A stretch of DNA of 64,000 bases from Phoronis australis (taxonomy: Eukaryota > Animalia > Phoronida). Position numbers and translations under genes: made by a program. Location: positions 451,123-515,122 of the forward strand of contig NMRA01000281.1 of the NCBI GenBank assembly GCA_002633005.1, in the 5' to 3' direction. This document shows, piece by piece, positions 12,789 to 25,321 of the stretch (position 1 is the stretch's first letter; every line of letters starts with the position of its first letter). The notes under the pieces were generated by a model. The model was given only the letters and a program-made list of their open reading frames with translations. It made no database searches and was not told the origin of the DNA.

Positions 12789-13521
12789 TGTTCTTCAAAT
12801 TTTTAATCAAATTGAAGTATAAAAATGTGTTTAATGTCGAAATAAGTATTCCAATTTGCACACAACAACAGACACTAAGTGATACATCGTGCGTAGACAG
12901 ACAGTGCGAAAGACGTGCGTGCGTGCGGCTGTTCTGGAACACTTTATTGAGAACTCATTGCTAACTACTGTGAAATGTTTATGGCAACACACAAGACCAT
13001 GTGCATATGTGTCATATTTCAGAGACTTAATTGGCAAAAGTTGCATAATAAACCCATTCTAACTAACAGAAAGCTTCCATTTGTGCCAGATAGTCCCAGT
13101 ACAAACCTATGGACAGACTGGGCAGTGATCGGGTTCTCTTCCGGACGTGACGTGATTCCGAAGATAGCTGAAGTTGAAAATTTTCTGTTCTCGAAATTTT
13201 GTGGGGAAGTGGGAGCGTGTTTTACACGAATAATAGAAGAAGATGGGGTGTGAAATAAAAAGAAATGTAAATAAAAAGAAATGTGGTTTATAAGCAAACT
13301 TTATTAACAGTCAGCACATGTGTATACATATTAACTACAACTAAATAGCTGTGAATCGACCTCTTTAACTGTAGAGACATCGGTTTGCAATGAAATTTAT
13401 TGTATCTCACATCATGTCTCAATTAATATTTTTATTCTGGACAAGCCAAGGGGTCCAAAAGCTTCTGTTAATACTATGAAGTTAAGATTGACACAACACT
13501 GCGTCTAAATTTGGGTTAATT

Positions 13522-13936
13522 AGCCGAACTTCAATGGAATTTTGTTTCTTTAGATGTATTAGGCTATAACCAGATTGTCTTAGCAAAGCCTTAGTAAAAT
13601 AAGAAAACACAAGTTCAATCATGCAAGAGTAAGCCCGTCAAATGATAAGTGAAGCTGCCTTTTCGTACCATGTTGCATCACGGCGAGATCCCAGCACAAT
13701 CAACAAATGTTGTATTGAATAGGGGTCTGAATAGTGAATACGAACACCATTTCGTGTTGGTGTTATTCTCAGCTGTTTGAATTAAAAGGTGATTCCCGCG
13801 GTGACGTAGACAAAAGCAAGCTAATATGCCAAAAAGTTCGTTACATTTGGCAATTTATGGCACTAGTGGGCTCAGAGCGATGCTCTTAACATACTGCAGG
13901 AACCAAATTTACATGTGTTACCATTGAAGATAGGCT
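13522..13936. mobile_element. Kolobok-like non-autonomous element, family D
   Basis: Termini AGCCGAACTTCAATGG...CCATTGAAGATAGGCT followed by TTAA; colinear with 38553-38958 and 48722-49049. Confidence 0.7.
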
Positions 13937-16764
13937 TTAAGGTGTCCAGTTGGAATTGGCTTCTATATGAAGGCCTACTTGGAATTAAAAGAATAAAAGA
14001 ACTACGGTTATGGCAGGATCAATGTGTGCTCTTGTTGGAAAAACATTTCCTAGAAAAAAATTTGCTTAAAAATACACTGGATTATTTCCAGCAAGTTTCA
14101 AACTTTTGTGTACGTAACTAGAATTGGCACTTAAAGGAAGATTACCAAGGCTAAAACGCAACACTCGCTAGTGTGAGCAATTGTCTGAAATTTGCCCTTG
14201 GAAAATCCTGTGGTGGTGAAAGGTTTTATTTTTGATGCCTCATTGACCATGAAGCCTGCCAGCATCTTTCTGTTGACCATTTGTGTCTTGTACTTTCTTA
14301 TTATAGACTGATGATTGCTGACCAAGACTTGCTAGTGTCTGTACAACCCATTAACTTATCTCAAGTACTTGTAATTAAATGGTGTTCTTGGATTGCTATC
14401 TGCCTAGCAGGTAATGAGTGTGCCCTTGATCTCGGGGGGGGGGGGGGGNNNNNTGGGATTGATCTGGACGTACTTCCCACTGGTGGCTGTATTGTGCTTC
14501 TTCATTATGGTCCATTGGCTTTTTGTCCTCAGTCAGCTCTGTAAGTTTGCAGTGTAGATGATAATGAATGTGTGTGGTGCGTAAATCTGCAAATCATTGT
14601 GTATTGTCTGGGAACCCACTGTGAGCCCTCAAGTAACAGGTCTTAAAAAGCATGTGCGTGAAGTGATTTCATTGCATTTTTTACCGTTTTACTTGAAGTC
14701 TGTGTCCTTATCACCTTGTGCTCTATCCACCACACTGGGCCGAGAGGAGTCACGTTAACCTGTGAGGGAGGTGAGGACACAAAGTGATGACATCATAGGA
14801 TCTTGCGATGAGTATGTGCTGCTATTTCTGATAATGGATTAATGCCGAAGTGTGAGTCGTTCGGCTACTTTGTACTCACTCATGTGGTGAACTTTATGTG
14901 AAATTAATAACTTCAAATGTGTTTGAAAACCCATGAATAAACTCATATGCGTTCATGGCTTTTCAGATGTAATCAATCTATAATTATCAAGCCCGTTGTG
15001 TCTGGAGGCTTCTGTATGAGTGCAAATGTCAGTCGTATGTTAATTTAATGCTTGGTGTAGGGAAACGAAACAGGGATTCGATTGTATACCATGGGCTTCA
15101 GGGAAATTCCAGTATGAAGCGCATCGATTGTTTTTATAAAAAGCGTTTGCTTCGACGGATTTTGTAGCTCTGGAACTCTGGAGGTAGCATTGGGATTTGT
15201 TTCAGCAACCTGCAGTGGGTACAAGCTGGTATCAGTAGATTAGCTTGACTCGCAGTCTAGTAAAACAGCCAATCCACTAGAATTACTTATCAACGCCCAA
15301 TATAATTATTACTGTGGTTCAGTTTCTAGCACATTGTTTGTTTGGTGATGGGGGAATAGTGTTCCCCTTTAAGAACTTTTGGTGCTAGCAGCACCAAAAC
15401 AGCACTTGCATTTCACTGATCACTTGCCAGGTTGAGGGCCCTCAGAACACTCATTTGGTATCAACGAGCATTAACGTCCCTGATACTGAACAGTTTGTTA
15501 AGTTTAAATTATAATACACTGCGATGATCTTTCTTTATTGCACTATGACCGTTTGAATTGTGGTCTGCAATTTATCACAAAGTAAACTCGGTCTTTCCAT
15601 GGACAGACTGGGAAATTTGTTGGCCCTGAAACTGCTGACTTTATGTGTACTTTCAATTCTTTAGTTCGTAAATTAAATATATCATGAGGGCTTTGCATCT
15701 GTTCTTGATGTTTCATTGGAGCAAAACGTTGAGACCAGGTGATATTTTCTTGATTTTTGCCAAACGTAAACTATGCGACACCCAATCGTGACCCGTTGAT
15801 GTCACATGGGAATTTTAGCACCTTCGCCTGCCATCTAGTGTCAAATAAATGAAATGAATGTGCTGTTATCGAATAGAACTAGTCAAGCTAATTTGATTCA
15901 TTATACATCATTTTTTGGTAGCTGGCTCGTTTTATTTTGATTGGGCAATGGCTTCAACAGCATGTAGCTGAAAGCAGCTGCACTGCCCCATTTTCTCATC
16001 AATACCTTTGTTCTCAAATTTGCCAAGCTCAGCCCAATGATTACAACCAACCTGGCCTCTAATCCCTTCTTATAATAGGTCATTGCAATGTGCAGTTATT
16101 TTAAAGCACTAAGTCTCTTCTAGTTGTAAGATCAATAGAGGAAGACTGAATAAGTGGCATTAAAATCTGTGTGGTATGATTAATAATCTGACATGGCCTG
16201 CAGAAGTGTGTGTTTGCATTTAGTCCTTAGTGAAGCCAGGCAAGCTGAGGCTGTCTCCAACTAACAGTATATGTCATCCAACTGTTGGCTAGAGGGCATT
16301 AACAGTAGTCCCGGAATTTTGAGTCCCAGTACTTGATACCTGTTGTTCATTGGAGAAAACTGGTTCTCAAAATGTGGGGACCCCTGTATGTGATTATTAC
16401 TGACCAGAGTCAAGAGGTACTGTAACCCTGAAGAGACATGGCAGACAAGGAAAGTTTTTATCAAATATAAGTAGCATCAAATAAACTCTTCATTTTTGTG
16501 CTTTGTTACTATAGCTACCATCAGGTGATTACATTTTGAGTTTAATGTGGGCATTCACAACAATGTTAGAGACATTAGAAACAACCAAAAAATATACTCT
16601 TCGCAAGTGGAAATCTGTTACCCCCTTGCCCATCTGTTTGTCTGTCGATCGGCCTGTTTTCCTTTTCTATTACACAATTACATTTTTTTACAAAACTGAT
16701 TACAGGAATAATTGCGAATAGTGTTGCACCCTTTACCATGTGTATTCATCGTCATCGTGGTCTG

Positions 16765-16875
16765 TCATCGTCATCATCATCATCATCATCATCCTAACTT
16801 GTTTTTCGCTCATTGACAATTTTTCCAGATGTTGCTGTCTTGTGTGCTTTTGTTGTTTCTGTTAGTGCAGCTTGC

Positions 16876-16918
<43 letters not shown>

Positions 16919-17192
16919 GCGTGTGCATGTGTGCGTTCTTGTGTGCGTGCCTCTGTGCGTGACTGCCTACGTGCGTGCCTGTGTGCGCGACTTCATGTGC
17001 CTGTGTGCGTGCCTGCATACGTGCCAGTGTGCGTGCCTGCGGGCGTGCCTTCGTGTGCCTACGTGCATGCGTGTCTGCGTGCGTGCCTATGTGCGTGCGT
17101 GCCTGTTTGCGTGCCTGCGTGTGTGAGTGTGTGCCTGTGTATGTGCCTGCATGCGTGACTGTGTGTGTACGTGCCTGCGTGCATGCATATGC
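16765..17192. repeat. (CAT)n microsatellite followed by (GT)n and degenerate (GTGC)n simple repeats
   Basis: Directly visible; explains the V/C/A/R-rich ORFs in the track. Confidence 0.95.
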
Positions 17193-19754
17193 ATATCATA
17201 ACATACCTTATATATCAGTACCACATGCAGGCACCTTGGTGTCTCTCCATTGTTGATCTTGATGTGGCGAATTTTTTAAGGAAAGCTTAATCATTAAAGG
17301 TGATTGCATGTTTCGAAAATAGTTTTCTGAGAGATGTCATCCTTCCGCCAGCTGACACAAGTTGTTCACTATACCTCTAGACTACAAACGACTCGGTTGA
17401 TGGTTTTTGATGATGGTGATTTTGAGCAATGAAAATGACAAGCAACATCTGCTATGTATAATTCGAAAAAAAAACAACACATCTTCTATAAACAACAAAA
17501 ATTCTGTATCTGACCAATGAGCTATGAATGGATTCTTGTGAAAATTGCATCGCCCTCTGTCAGCATTCCTGGACAACTCGGAAGTACTGTAATATGACTT
17601 GGGCTAACTTTCCTGGTGTATTTGATGCCGCTGTGAGAAAAATTTTAGTGTTTTTCTGAAGCTATTTTTGATAATATTATTTTTTCCATCAAGAACTTAA
17701 TGTAAATGAATCATAATGTTCATCATCAGATCCCCAATGTAATGCATGTTCTATATTGTAAGCTATGTATTCCTGCTCTCTTTGCTGTTCATAATTTAAC
17801 AACAATAGCGATGAACCAAGTCGTGTTAGTTGATTGTTTCTGCAGTCAGATGTAGTAAAATATGGTACTACAAAAATTGTTGCCATAATTGCTCTTTTCT
17901 CATTTGTTAAGGTCTTACATTGTTGTGAGTGCCCAGTTTTTAGTAATTTGTGTGATGGTTGATGTCATACGGGACTTGAACGTGGTAATGTACTAATCTT
18001 GTGTGAAATATAGCTTATATAAAAAACTAAGAAAATAAAATTTCAGCTGTGACTCGTATTGTGTTTGTCTTTAATTGGTGAGATTTTACCGTACTTAAGT
18101 TCAGTGCCGAGTTGTTATATTTCAACTGTCTATAAACTTGCCTTCTGACACAATAACTAGCTTAATTTAGACAACTTACCCCATGAAATTGGTATCAAAT
18201 TGCTCCTTAGTCAAATTAATGATAATTTCTGGAGTTGGGAAGAACAGACAGTTCGATATTGCTCCAGACCAGGCTCTTACAAGTTGGAGTGTCACATGGA
18301 TCAAGTTGAGGATGTTGCGGTCTTTGGGTGTAGCAGGACATATCTGTTTTAAAACATTTTGGCTTCTATTAACCTGGTCTCATACAGGTTACATTTGGTT
18401 TCATTTATTATCGTGAGTTAACCTTCATTCCAGAGAAGGATTGATGGTTCTGTCTAGTCAATGTCAGATAACTAGTAACTTGTTTTTCCTGAATGCAAGA
18501 CGCTTGTTATAACAAAATATGACTATCACATGGCAATCGTTAAGATGTAATGACTTAAACTATGATATAGTGACTTACATAGATTACTTCAGGCAAAGCC
18601 CAGACTCTTTTGTATTGATCATAATGTATAATTAATTCATAATGGAAGTGTTTGTGTCAAGGTACTGTAAAGCTTGCTAAATTTAGAACACAATGTGGTG
18701 GAGTAGCGAAATTGTATTGTCAATGCTTTTAACAAAAATATGCGGGAAGAAAAAATTTGAAGTGCAATTCAACACTAGTGAAATTCAGAGCATTTTTAGC
18801 AACACAAGAAGTGTTTGAAAAATAACTAATTTTAGTATTTTGTCGAATTTAAAGAAGCTTTTTTGACATTCTGATGACAAGTCGTGGTACAACTCTATGA
18901 TTCAGGTATGTGGTTAGTGCATTCCTTACTTACAGTGCTGAGGTACATTGTGAACTGTAACATACTTGAAAATGAAAGTTATTGAGGTTATGCGTTTCAC
19001 TTACAATGCGTACATATCTCACGGATGATTTTTAGCCAAATGCACAAGAAACTAGTCATACAAAACACAGCAAGTTCTACAGTTCAAGATAAAAGTATCT
19101 GGTCAAAATACTCATAATGTTTTCCTTTCATGGCAACTAATTATGCTAACAACAAACACGACTGGTAGTAACTGTTAAGACAGCAGGACATTCTCAGGTT
19201 GATGGAAGACTTCTCTGAGGATGAATTCACCTTCTGCGAGTCGTCATGATGGGAAATTTCGGGTCATTTTGTCTGAATACTTGACGACTTGTACTGTTCC
19301 TTAACTGCTCAGTGGGAATCCATCGAGATTTAAACGACTTCATACAGGTTTAACGTGTTCATTGGGCTGTAGACCTCATTTTAGATTCAACCAAATGGCA
19401 ATTTTTCCAACTTTGTTGTTCAGGTGTGAAATTACCTTGTACACTACTGTTAGTGCTTGAGGTCGTGGGTGACTGTTTCGTGAAAAGTGATTTAAGATTT
19501 GGTCAGAAATTTGGTTTTAGAGGGTGTCCCAAACCTGTTAGAACAGCTTGAACTAGTGCGTGATCAGAGTGCTGTATTTTCACTCTCAGATCATGCCTCG
19601 ACCAAATCACTTTCCATATTTCAACATACGTCGTATAATCTTTTTTACTTAGTTTTTATTTAGTTTTGTATATGCATTGTACCTTACTTTCCCTACAAAT
19701 GTGCAGGTATGAGTGTTTTGTGTGTCTTTACCCCTTCTCCCCTAGTGAGCCTAA

Positions 19755-20147
19755 AGTCCCGTCCACACATAGCCTAAGCCTAGAAGAACTTACACTAGTG
19801 CAACTTAATCCACTTTTAAGTGAAGCGTCCACACACACATAATCGATAACTAGGGTAAGGCGGAAGTTGTCGCTTTGTGCGTGACAATGAACACCTAATG
19901 CTAATACAGAGCGCAAAAGAAGACTGGTCTGTACATTATTGCAGCTGATAATTACGTCTGCCTTGTGGCCACACATGAATTAAAAGTGGCACAAGTTACC
20001 CTAGAGCAAGTTACCCTTAACCTCGATAATGGGGAGTAAGTTGTCACAAGTGGGGTAAGATGCACTAGTTTAGCGTCCAAATTAACTTAGCAACAACTTG
20101 TTCTAGGAGTAACTTGTTCTAGGGTAAGTCTGTGTGTAGACGGCACT
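19755..20147. mobile_element. Harbinger-like MITE, family B, full length
   Basis: Termini AGTCCCGTCCACACA...TGTGTAGACGGCACT; flanks TAA and TAC. Confidence 0.75.
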
Positions 20148-20519
20148 TACAATACTGTATTGTGTTTCTATTGTTTGTTCAAGTTAAGTAAAAGATGAAG
20201 AAACAATAAATGGTGAAGCTGTGATGCAACTTCAAACTTTAAATTTGCTTAGTATCCTGTAGTCAGTCTTCCCATTGAAGCTTTCAATGATCTGTTCCAT
20301 TACGTGTGATTAGTTACGGTAACCCGCTGTATTAAAAAAATGTTCCACTCAAAACAACCAGTGATTTTAGAGATAGCGATACCTGGGGTTTTAGTTATAT
20401 AAGCCAAATGCAGAAACATAATTTTTAAGTTCCTTACACCTATCTCGCTAAGGTTATTGTGTTGTCTAAGTGTGTAGAAAAACAAAACAAAAACTATAGT
20501 CGTGTGTCTGCACTTCATG

Positions 20520-20928
20520 TTATCCTAGGACAACTTGCCCCGGAGCCACTTACCTATCGTTCACACTACATACCCTAACTGATGTTCACACTACACACTC
20601 TAACTGATGTTCACACTACACACCCTAACTGATGTTCACACTATACACCTTAACCCATGCAACAAATATGATGAAAAAATTATTAGACACCCCTATGTGT
20701 GTAACTGAACAAGAGCAGAACTGGTAATTATTTGTACGCGGTCTGCAAGTTTGCGTTCACACTAGGGCTTATGCTGGGGCAAGTTGCTTACCTCAATAAG
20801 GTTGGGTAAGTTGTCACACGTGTTTCAAGTTGCTCCAGGGCAAGAAGTGTCCACACTATTACTAAACCTAGTGACAACTCCTTCCAGGAGTAACTTGTTC
20901 TAGGGTTACTCTTGGTGTGGAAGGCACT
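20520..20928. mobile_element. Family B-related MITE containing a 25-bp tandem repeat (4 copies, about 20556-20655)
   Basis: Unit GATGTTCACACTACACACCCTAACT; ends GTGTGGAAGGCACT; related copy at about 24965-25258. Confidence 0.6.
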
Positions 20929-22986
20929 TGTGAACAAAAGCGATGGCTTTCAAAGATGACGGTGCATAGTGTTTTAGTTATAATCAAATGTAGAATTGTA
21001 ATTTTCAAGTTCCTAACATCCTCTCCCATTGGTGGTTGCGCTGTTTCTATGAGCGCATGGGTAGGGAAATGACGTAATTGTTGTGCCGCTCTGCGTATCT
21101 GTCTCTGTGGCTGTTGCTCAACTCTCTCCATGTTCTGCATTAGCATATTGCTGATGATCTGGGTCTCCTGGTGTTGTCATGGTAACTGTGGACTGTAATC
21201 AGTGTCAGTTCATGCAGTGTTGTCTTGTAGGCCTAATACTTAATTTTGGCATGGCTTTATATTTTAATGTACATAATTTGCTCATCATCATTGCCGTCAG
21301 TTTATAAGAAAAGATGACCAATTTAGAACACAATATGGCTGACAAGCTAAATTTTATTTTCTTATTTTTTCGTAAAAGATCTATAGCTGAATGTTCTATC
21401 ATGTTCCAGTTCTGTATCATAGCTACCATCAAACATCATTTTGCAAAATCATGGTTACTGTATTAATCGCAGTGTTAGAAACCCATCAAAATTGAAAAAG
21501 ATCAATTTTGGGAACAAAATTGAAAAAGATCAAATTTGGGAATTTTTTTGGGAAGAAACTCAACTATTGGTGTGTGCTGCTAGGAAATTAGGACAGCCAA
21601 GATTGGTTTACTGACTCTTTGGGAACCTGAGTTAGATTTCACTCTGGCTTTGTTTCACGTGGCTGTTGACTGACTTAAACAATTTATAAAACATAAAAAT
21701 ATTTTAAGTGATCCACACTTACACTTTTGGCGCCAAGTGCTTTTATTTCATGTATATTGGTGTTCTTCTGTTTCTGTTTTTTGGTACAATTGTAGTGCCA
21801 GGAACGGGTCCAACCCTTTGAATTGATGAGGTTTTGCATGTGGTGTTGGGTCACAAAATAACAAGTGTGTGACATGTGTCAAGTGTTGACTGTGATGGAC
21901 TCAGCTGAACGTTTTTTAATCTTAGAATGTTTAATATATTGATTAAAAATTAATTGCAAGCTGTTGTCTTTGTCAAAACATTGACTAGACAGAGATAACT
22001 GGTATGTGTTTCCTTACCTGATGTGCTTAAATACTGACGTTAATATTTCAATTCATTAAATTAAGACCATGGCTTAGGAAGAAACAGTTAATCGTTTTTT
22101 CTGTTTCTCTTTTAAAATTTGGAACTTTCAAATTCAATTATACCACGTTTAATAGTGCAGGACTTGAGAGAAAGCAAATGAAAGGATTTTGAGGCATTCA
22201 CTTAATGTAAACACTTTTTTCAAATTTTCAAGTAGTTTTTTTTTTTCTTGATCCTTTGTCCAAAAGAATGCTGCCATTGTTCTCACAAGCTCCCTGTTTA
22301 CCAGCTCACGTCATCAATAAACAAATACAAGCATGAAGACATTTTTTCTTATTTTTTTGTACTTTGTTTTTAAGATTTGGCAAATGCACAATTCAGTCAT
22401 GATCACATTTTCCCATAAAAACCTTGCTACGGATTTGAAGTTTACTTTTTTGTATTACATTTCAAATTATGTGATTTTGTGGTGGAGTGTGTTACCACTT
22501 CTGTGTTATGAACTGAAATCAACTCTTGTGTACCGGTAGTTTTGCAGCATCTCGTGCTGCTAAGTACATTTGTCAACTTTCACTGAAAATCTGTGCTTAT
22601 GTTGCTGAGCCAAAACCAATATGGCTACCAGGCCTGATCGTTCCGACAAAGGTTCATTGTTTAGTGTTAAGATACTTCAAGGTGGCCAATACTTGTGACT
22701 GATCTTGGGTTCTTTTAAGTCAACTGCCATTCAGGTTTACAGAGCAGAGGTATAAAGTTTCTGAGGTTGGATCAATATGTCAACTTTGTAATTTTTAATG
22801 AATTTCATTTTAGCAAAACTATCAATGAAGAAAAAACATCCAAAATGATACAACAGTTTTGCAATGGGCAAAAATCTGAAAGCCATGGATAAATACCACC
22901 ACTTGGTGTACTCGGTACAAAAGCATTGGGGTTGAATAATGAATTGTCACTTTAATTACTGGTAGGCCTATTGTAAAGCTAACTAA

Positions 22987-23416
22987 AGTGCCGTTAACAC
23001 TACAAAAGTTGACACGGATCAGCTGACATGGAACAAGTTGTTCCAGCACAAGTATGTGTGTAAACAGGACTGACACTGAGCAAAGTGACACTGCACTGAC
23101 AACTTTTGCCACCTGTTTGTGAGGTAGAGCAATTTGTGCTAGAACATCTTGCCTCGTGTCAATTATGTGTCTAAACGCGAAACTGGGGCAAAGTGGAAAG
23201 TATCATATCTACTGCGCTTGTGAAATGACCTAAATACAGGTTCTCTGTCTTTTTAACTCCCGTCATTTGTAAACCCGCGCATGTGTGACCGTGCATGTGT
23301 GATCCACTCTCCAGCCTGCAATTTCCATCTTGCCACAGTTGGTGAGTTGTGGGTGTTAACGATGCTTGACACTGATCAATTTGCGCTGGGTCAAAAGTTG
23401 ATGTCTAAACAGAACT
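22987..23416. mobile_element. Harbinger/PIF-like MITE, family A copy 2
   Basis: Colinear with 729-1157 over the full length; TAA on both flanks. Confidence 0.8.
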
Positions 23417-23795
23417 TAAGAGAATTTTGAACATACCCTGAGTATTAGAGATCAGAAATAATAAAATCTAGTGGCATGTTTTAAATTAAACATTGATATT
23501 TGCTGCAGTGCGCTCAACCTGGGGAATGGNGCTGCTATTTTGGGGGAGAAGTTTGGTCAGTCTCATGATACTGCCCCCCATTACTGCACTTGTCTGTTAT
23601 GAACCTGCAGCTGTGCCCACCACGTTATGTGGAAGACTACCCTCCTTGCTGAGATTGTCCTGCTAAGAGTCATTTTTGTTCAAGTAGAACAGGCAGGACA
23701 TAAGATAAGAAATTTATATCCCATTTAAAAACTTGAAGTCAGTGTGGTCGTCAATCCTGTGTTTGAGCATATTAGTGAACACCAAGCATTAGTTG

Positions 23796-23888
23796 GCTGA
23801 GGAGCTGGAAACCTGGCTCAAGGGTTTAGCAGTGTGTCCCACCATGTCACACTGCTAAACCCTTGAGCCAGGTTTCCAGCTCCTCAGC
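23796..23888. repeat. Perfect inverted repeat: 41-bp arms, 11-nt loop
   Basis: 23796-23836 is the exact reverse complement of 23848-23888. Confidence 0.95.
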
Positions 23889-25321
23889 TCGGTTTTAACC
23901 ACATATTAATAAAGCATAAAAATGTTTCCAGGTGATCAGTGCAATGGGCCCACATGCGAGGCCTGCGCACGTCTGATACAACGTGTATCAGACCACCTGC
24001 AATTATTATATTTTTTAAATTAGTTGGGTGTGGAAATCTGAAAATAATGACCTGTGTATCTATAATCAGGATAATGGACATTATTTGTGATACAGCAGAG
24101 ACTTGACGAAATGTGCCTTGTTTTTCTGGCGACAGAATAGTTGGTGGGTAGGGTTGTGTGTTCTTGCATGATAGTGTTATGCAGTAGGACTTTCTAGTGT
24201 TTATTATAAATTGTTTGCAACCCCATGTCGCCATATTGTCACTCTGCTACTTGTGTTGGGGTACTGACATGATTCAAATAAAAGTGTCCAATGTCTGAAA
24301 TGTTCTTGAAAGAATGAAAAAGTGCAATCCTCCTAGGCAACTTGGCTCCTCTTGCACACCACAATTAGAAAGTTTAATTTCCGCCACTTAAAAGTAAGGG
24401 AAGATGCTTTTGAGCTGTCACAATGTGGTGGAGTTGTTCATTGGATGTTTCCTTTCTATGATTACATAACCAGGGTATGTAGCAGACAGCCATCAGCAGG
24501 TATTTTGTTTGTTTATAAGTATAAACTGATACCCAGTGTTCACATAATTAGCTAAAAGGGTAGGGTTTCACTAGCACTTTCGCTGGCAGCAAAAACGTCA
24601 ATCATGTGAAGGATTACAACTATCACTTTCACTTTTGTTCTTTAAAGGACAAACATGCGCAGGGTAAGAAGCGGGCCTTCGTTTTCTATCTCGTTAATCA
24701 GTTCATGGCTGAGAGTGAGCATATTTTGAGATTTGTTTTCACGTAAAAGCGACTTTCTTGATGAGGAAACAAACTGCTTGGGAAAATGACCTATTCACCG
24801 AGAGCTCGTCAGGCTTAAATATTAGAGTTTTCGCTTGCGTTTTAGCCATTGAAACTCGTGCGAGCCCAGTGTCAAAATCGTATGCAACATCACCTATTTG
24901 ATTTTGAACAAACCTTTAGTTTGAAATGTCAATGTCTTTGAGTAATCCTTTGCACATTACTTATGACTTGAGAACAACTCTCCCTGAGAGTAACGTGCCC
25001 CTGTTCAGCTGGGCGTCCACACTGCACACCCTACACCTTGTGGCAAATATGCCACAGATAGGATTAATACATCTGTATGTAATGTAAATGAACAATTACT
25101 AATAACATTCACCTTGTCTGCAGGTTTGCGTCCACACTATGACTTGGCCTGGGACAAGTTACTGTCTAGTAATTGCCAAACCTCGATAAAGAGGGGTAAG
25201 TTGTCACCGTGACACCGTGTGTCAAGTTACCCCAGAGTATGTGGCGTCCATGCTGCCGTAATCATCCACTTATTTTGCACTAAAATAATTGTCAAAATTT
25301 TCATTTTGCCATTTGTTAAAG

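Larger units (their letters stand above)
11951..13364. mobile_element. Kolobok-like DNA transposon, internal deletion derivative
   Basis: Termini AGACATAGTTTCAC and revcomp AGAGGTCGATTCAC (10/14); flanks TCAA and TTAA; contains two convergent truncated ORFs (THAP on -, acidic YRFEP ORF on +). Confidence 0.62.

Noticed and set aside
11951-13364. Long terminal direct repeats or a domesticated host THAP gene
   Set aside because: The two ends share only short motifs, and the THAP ORF is cut before its C-terminal box inside transposon-like termini.
16794-17256. Several overlapping Cys/Val/His-rich ORFs
   Set aside because: They are translations of (GT)n and (GTGC)n simple repeats.
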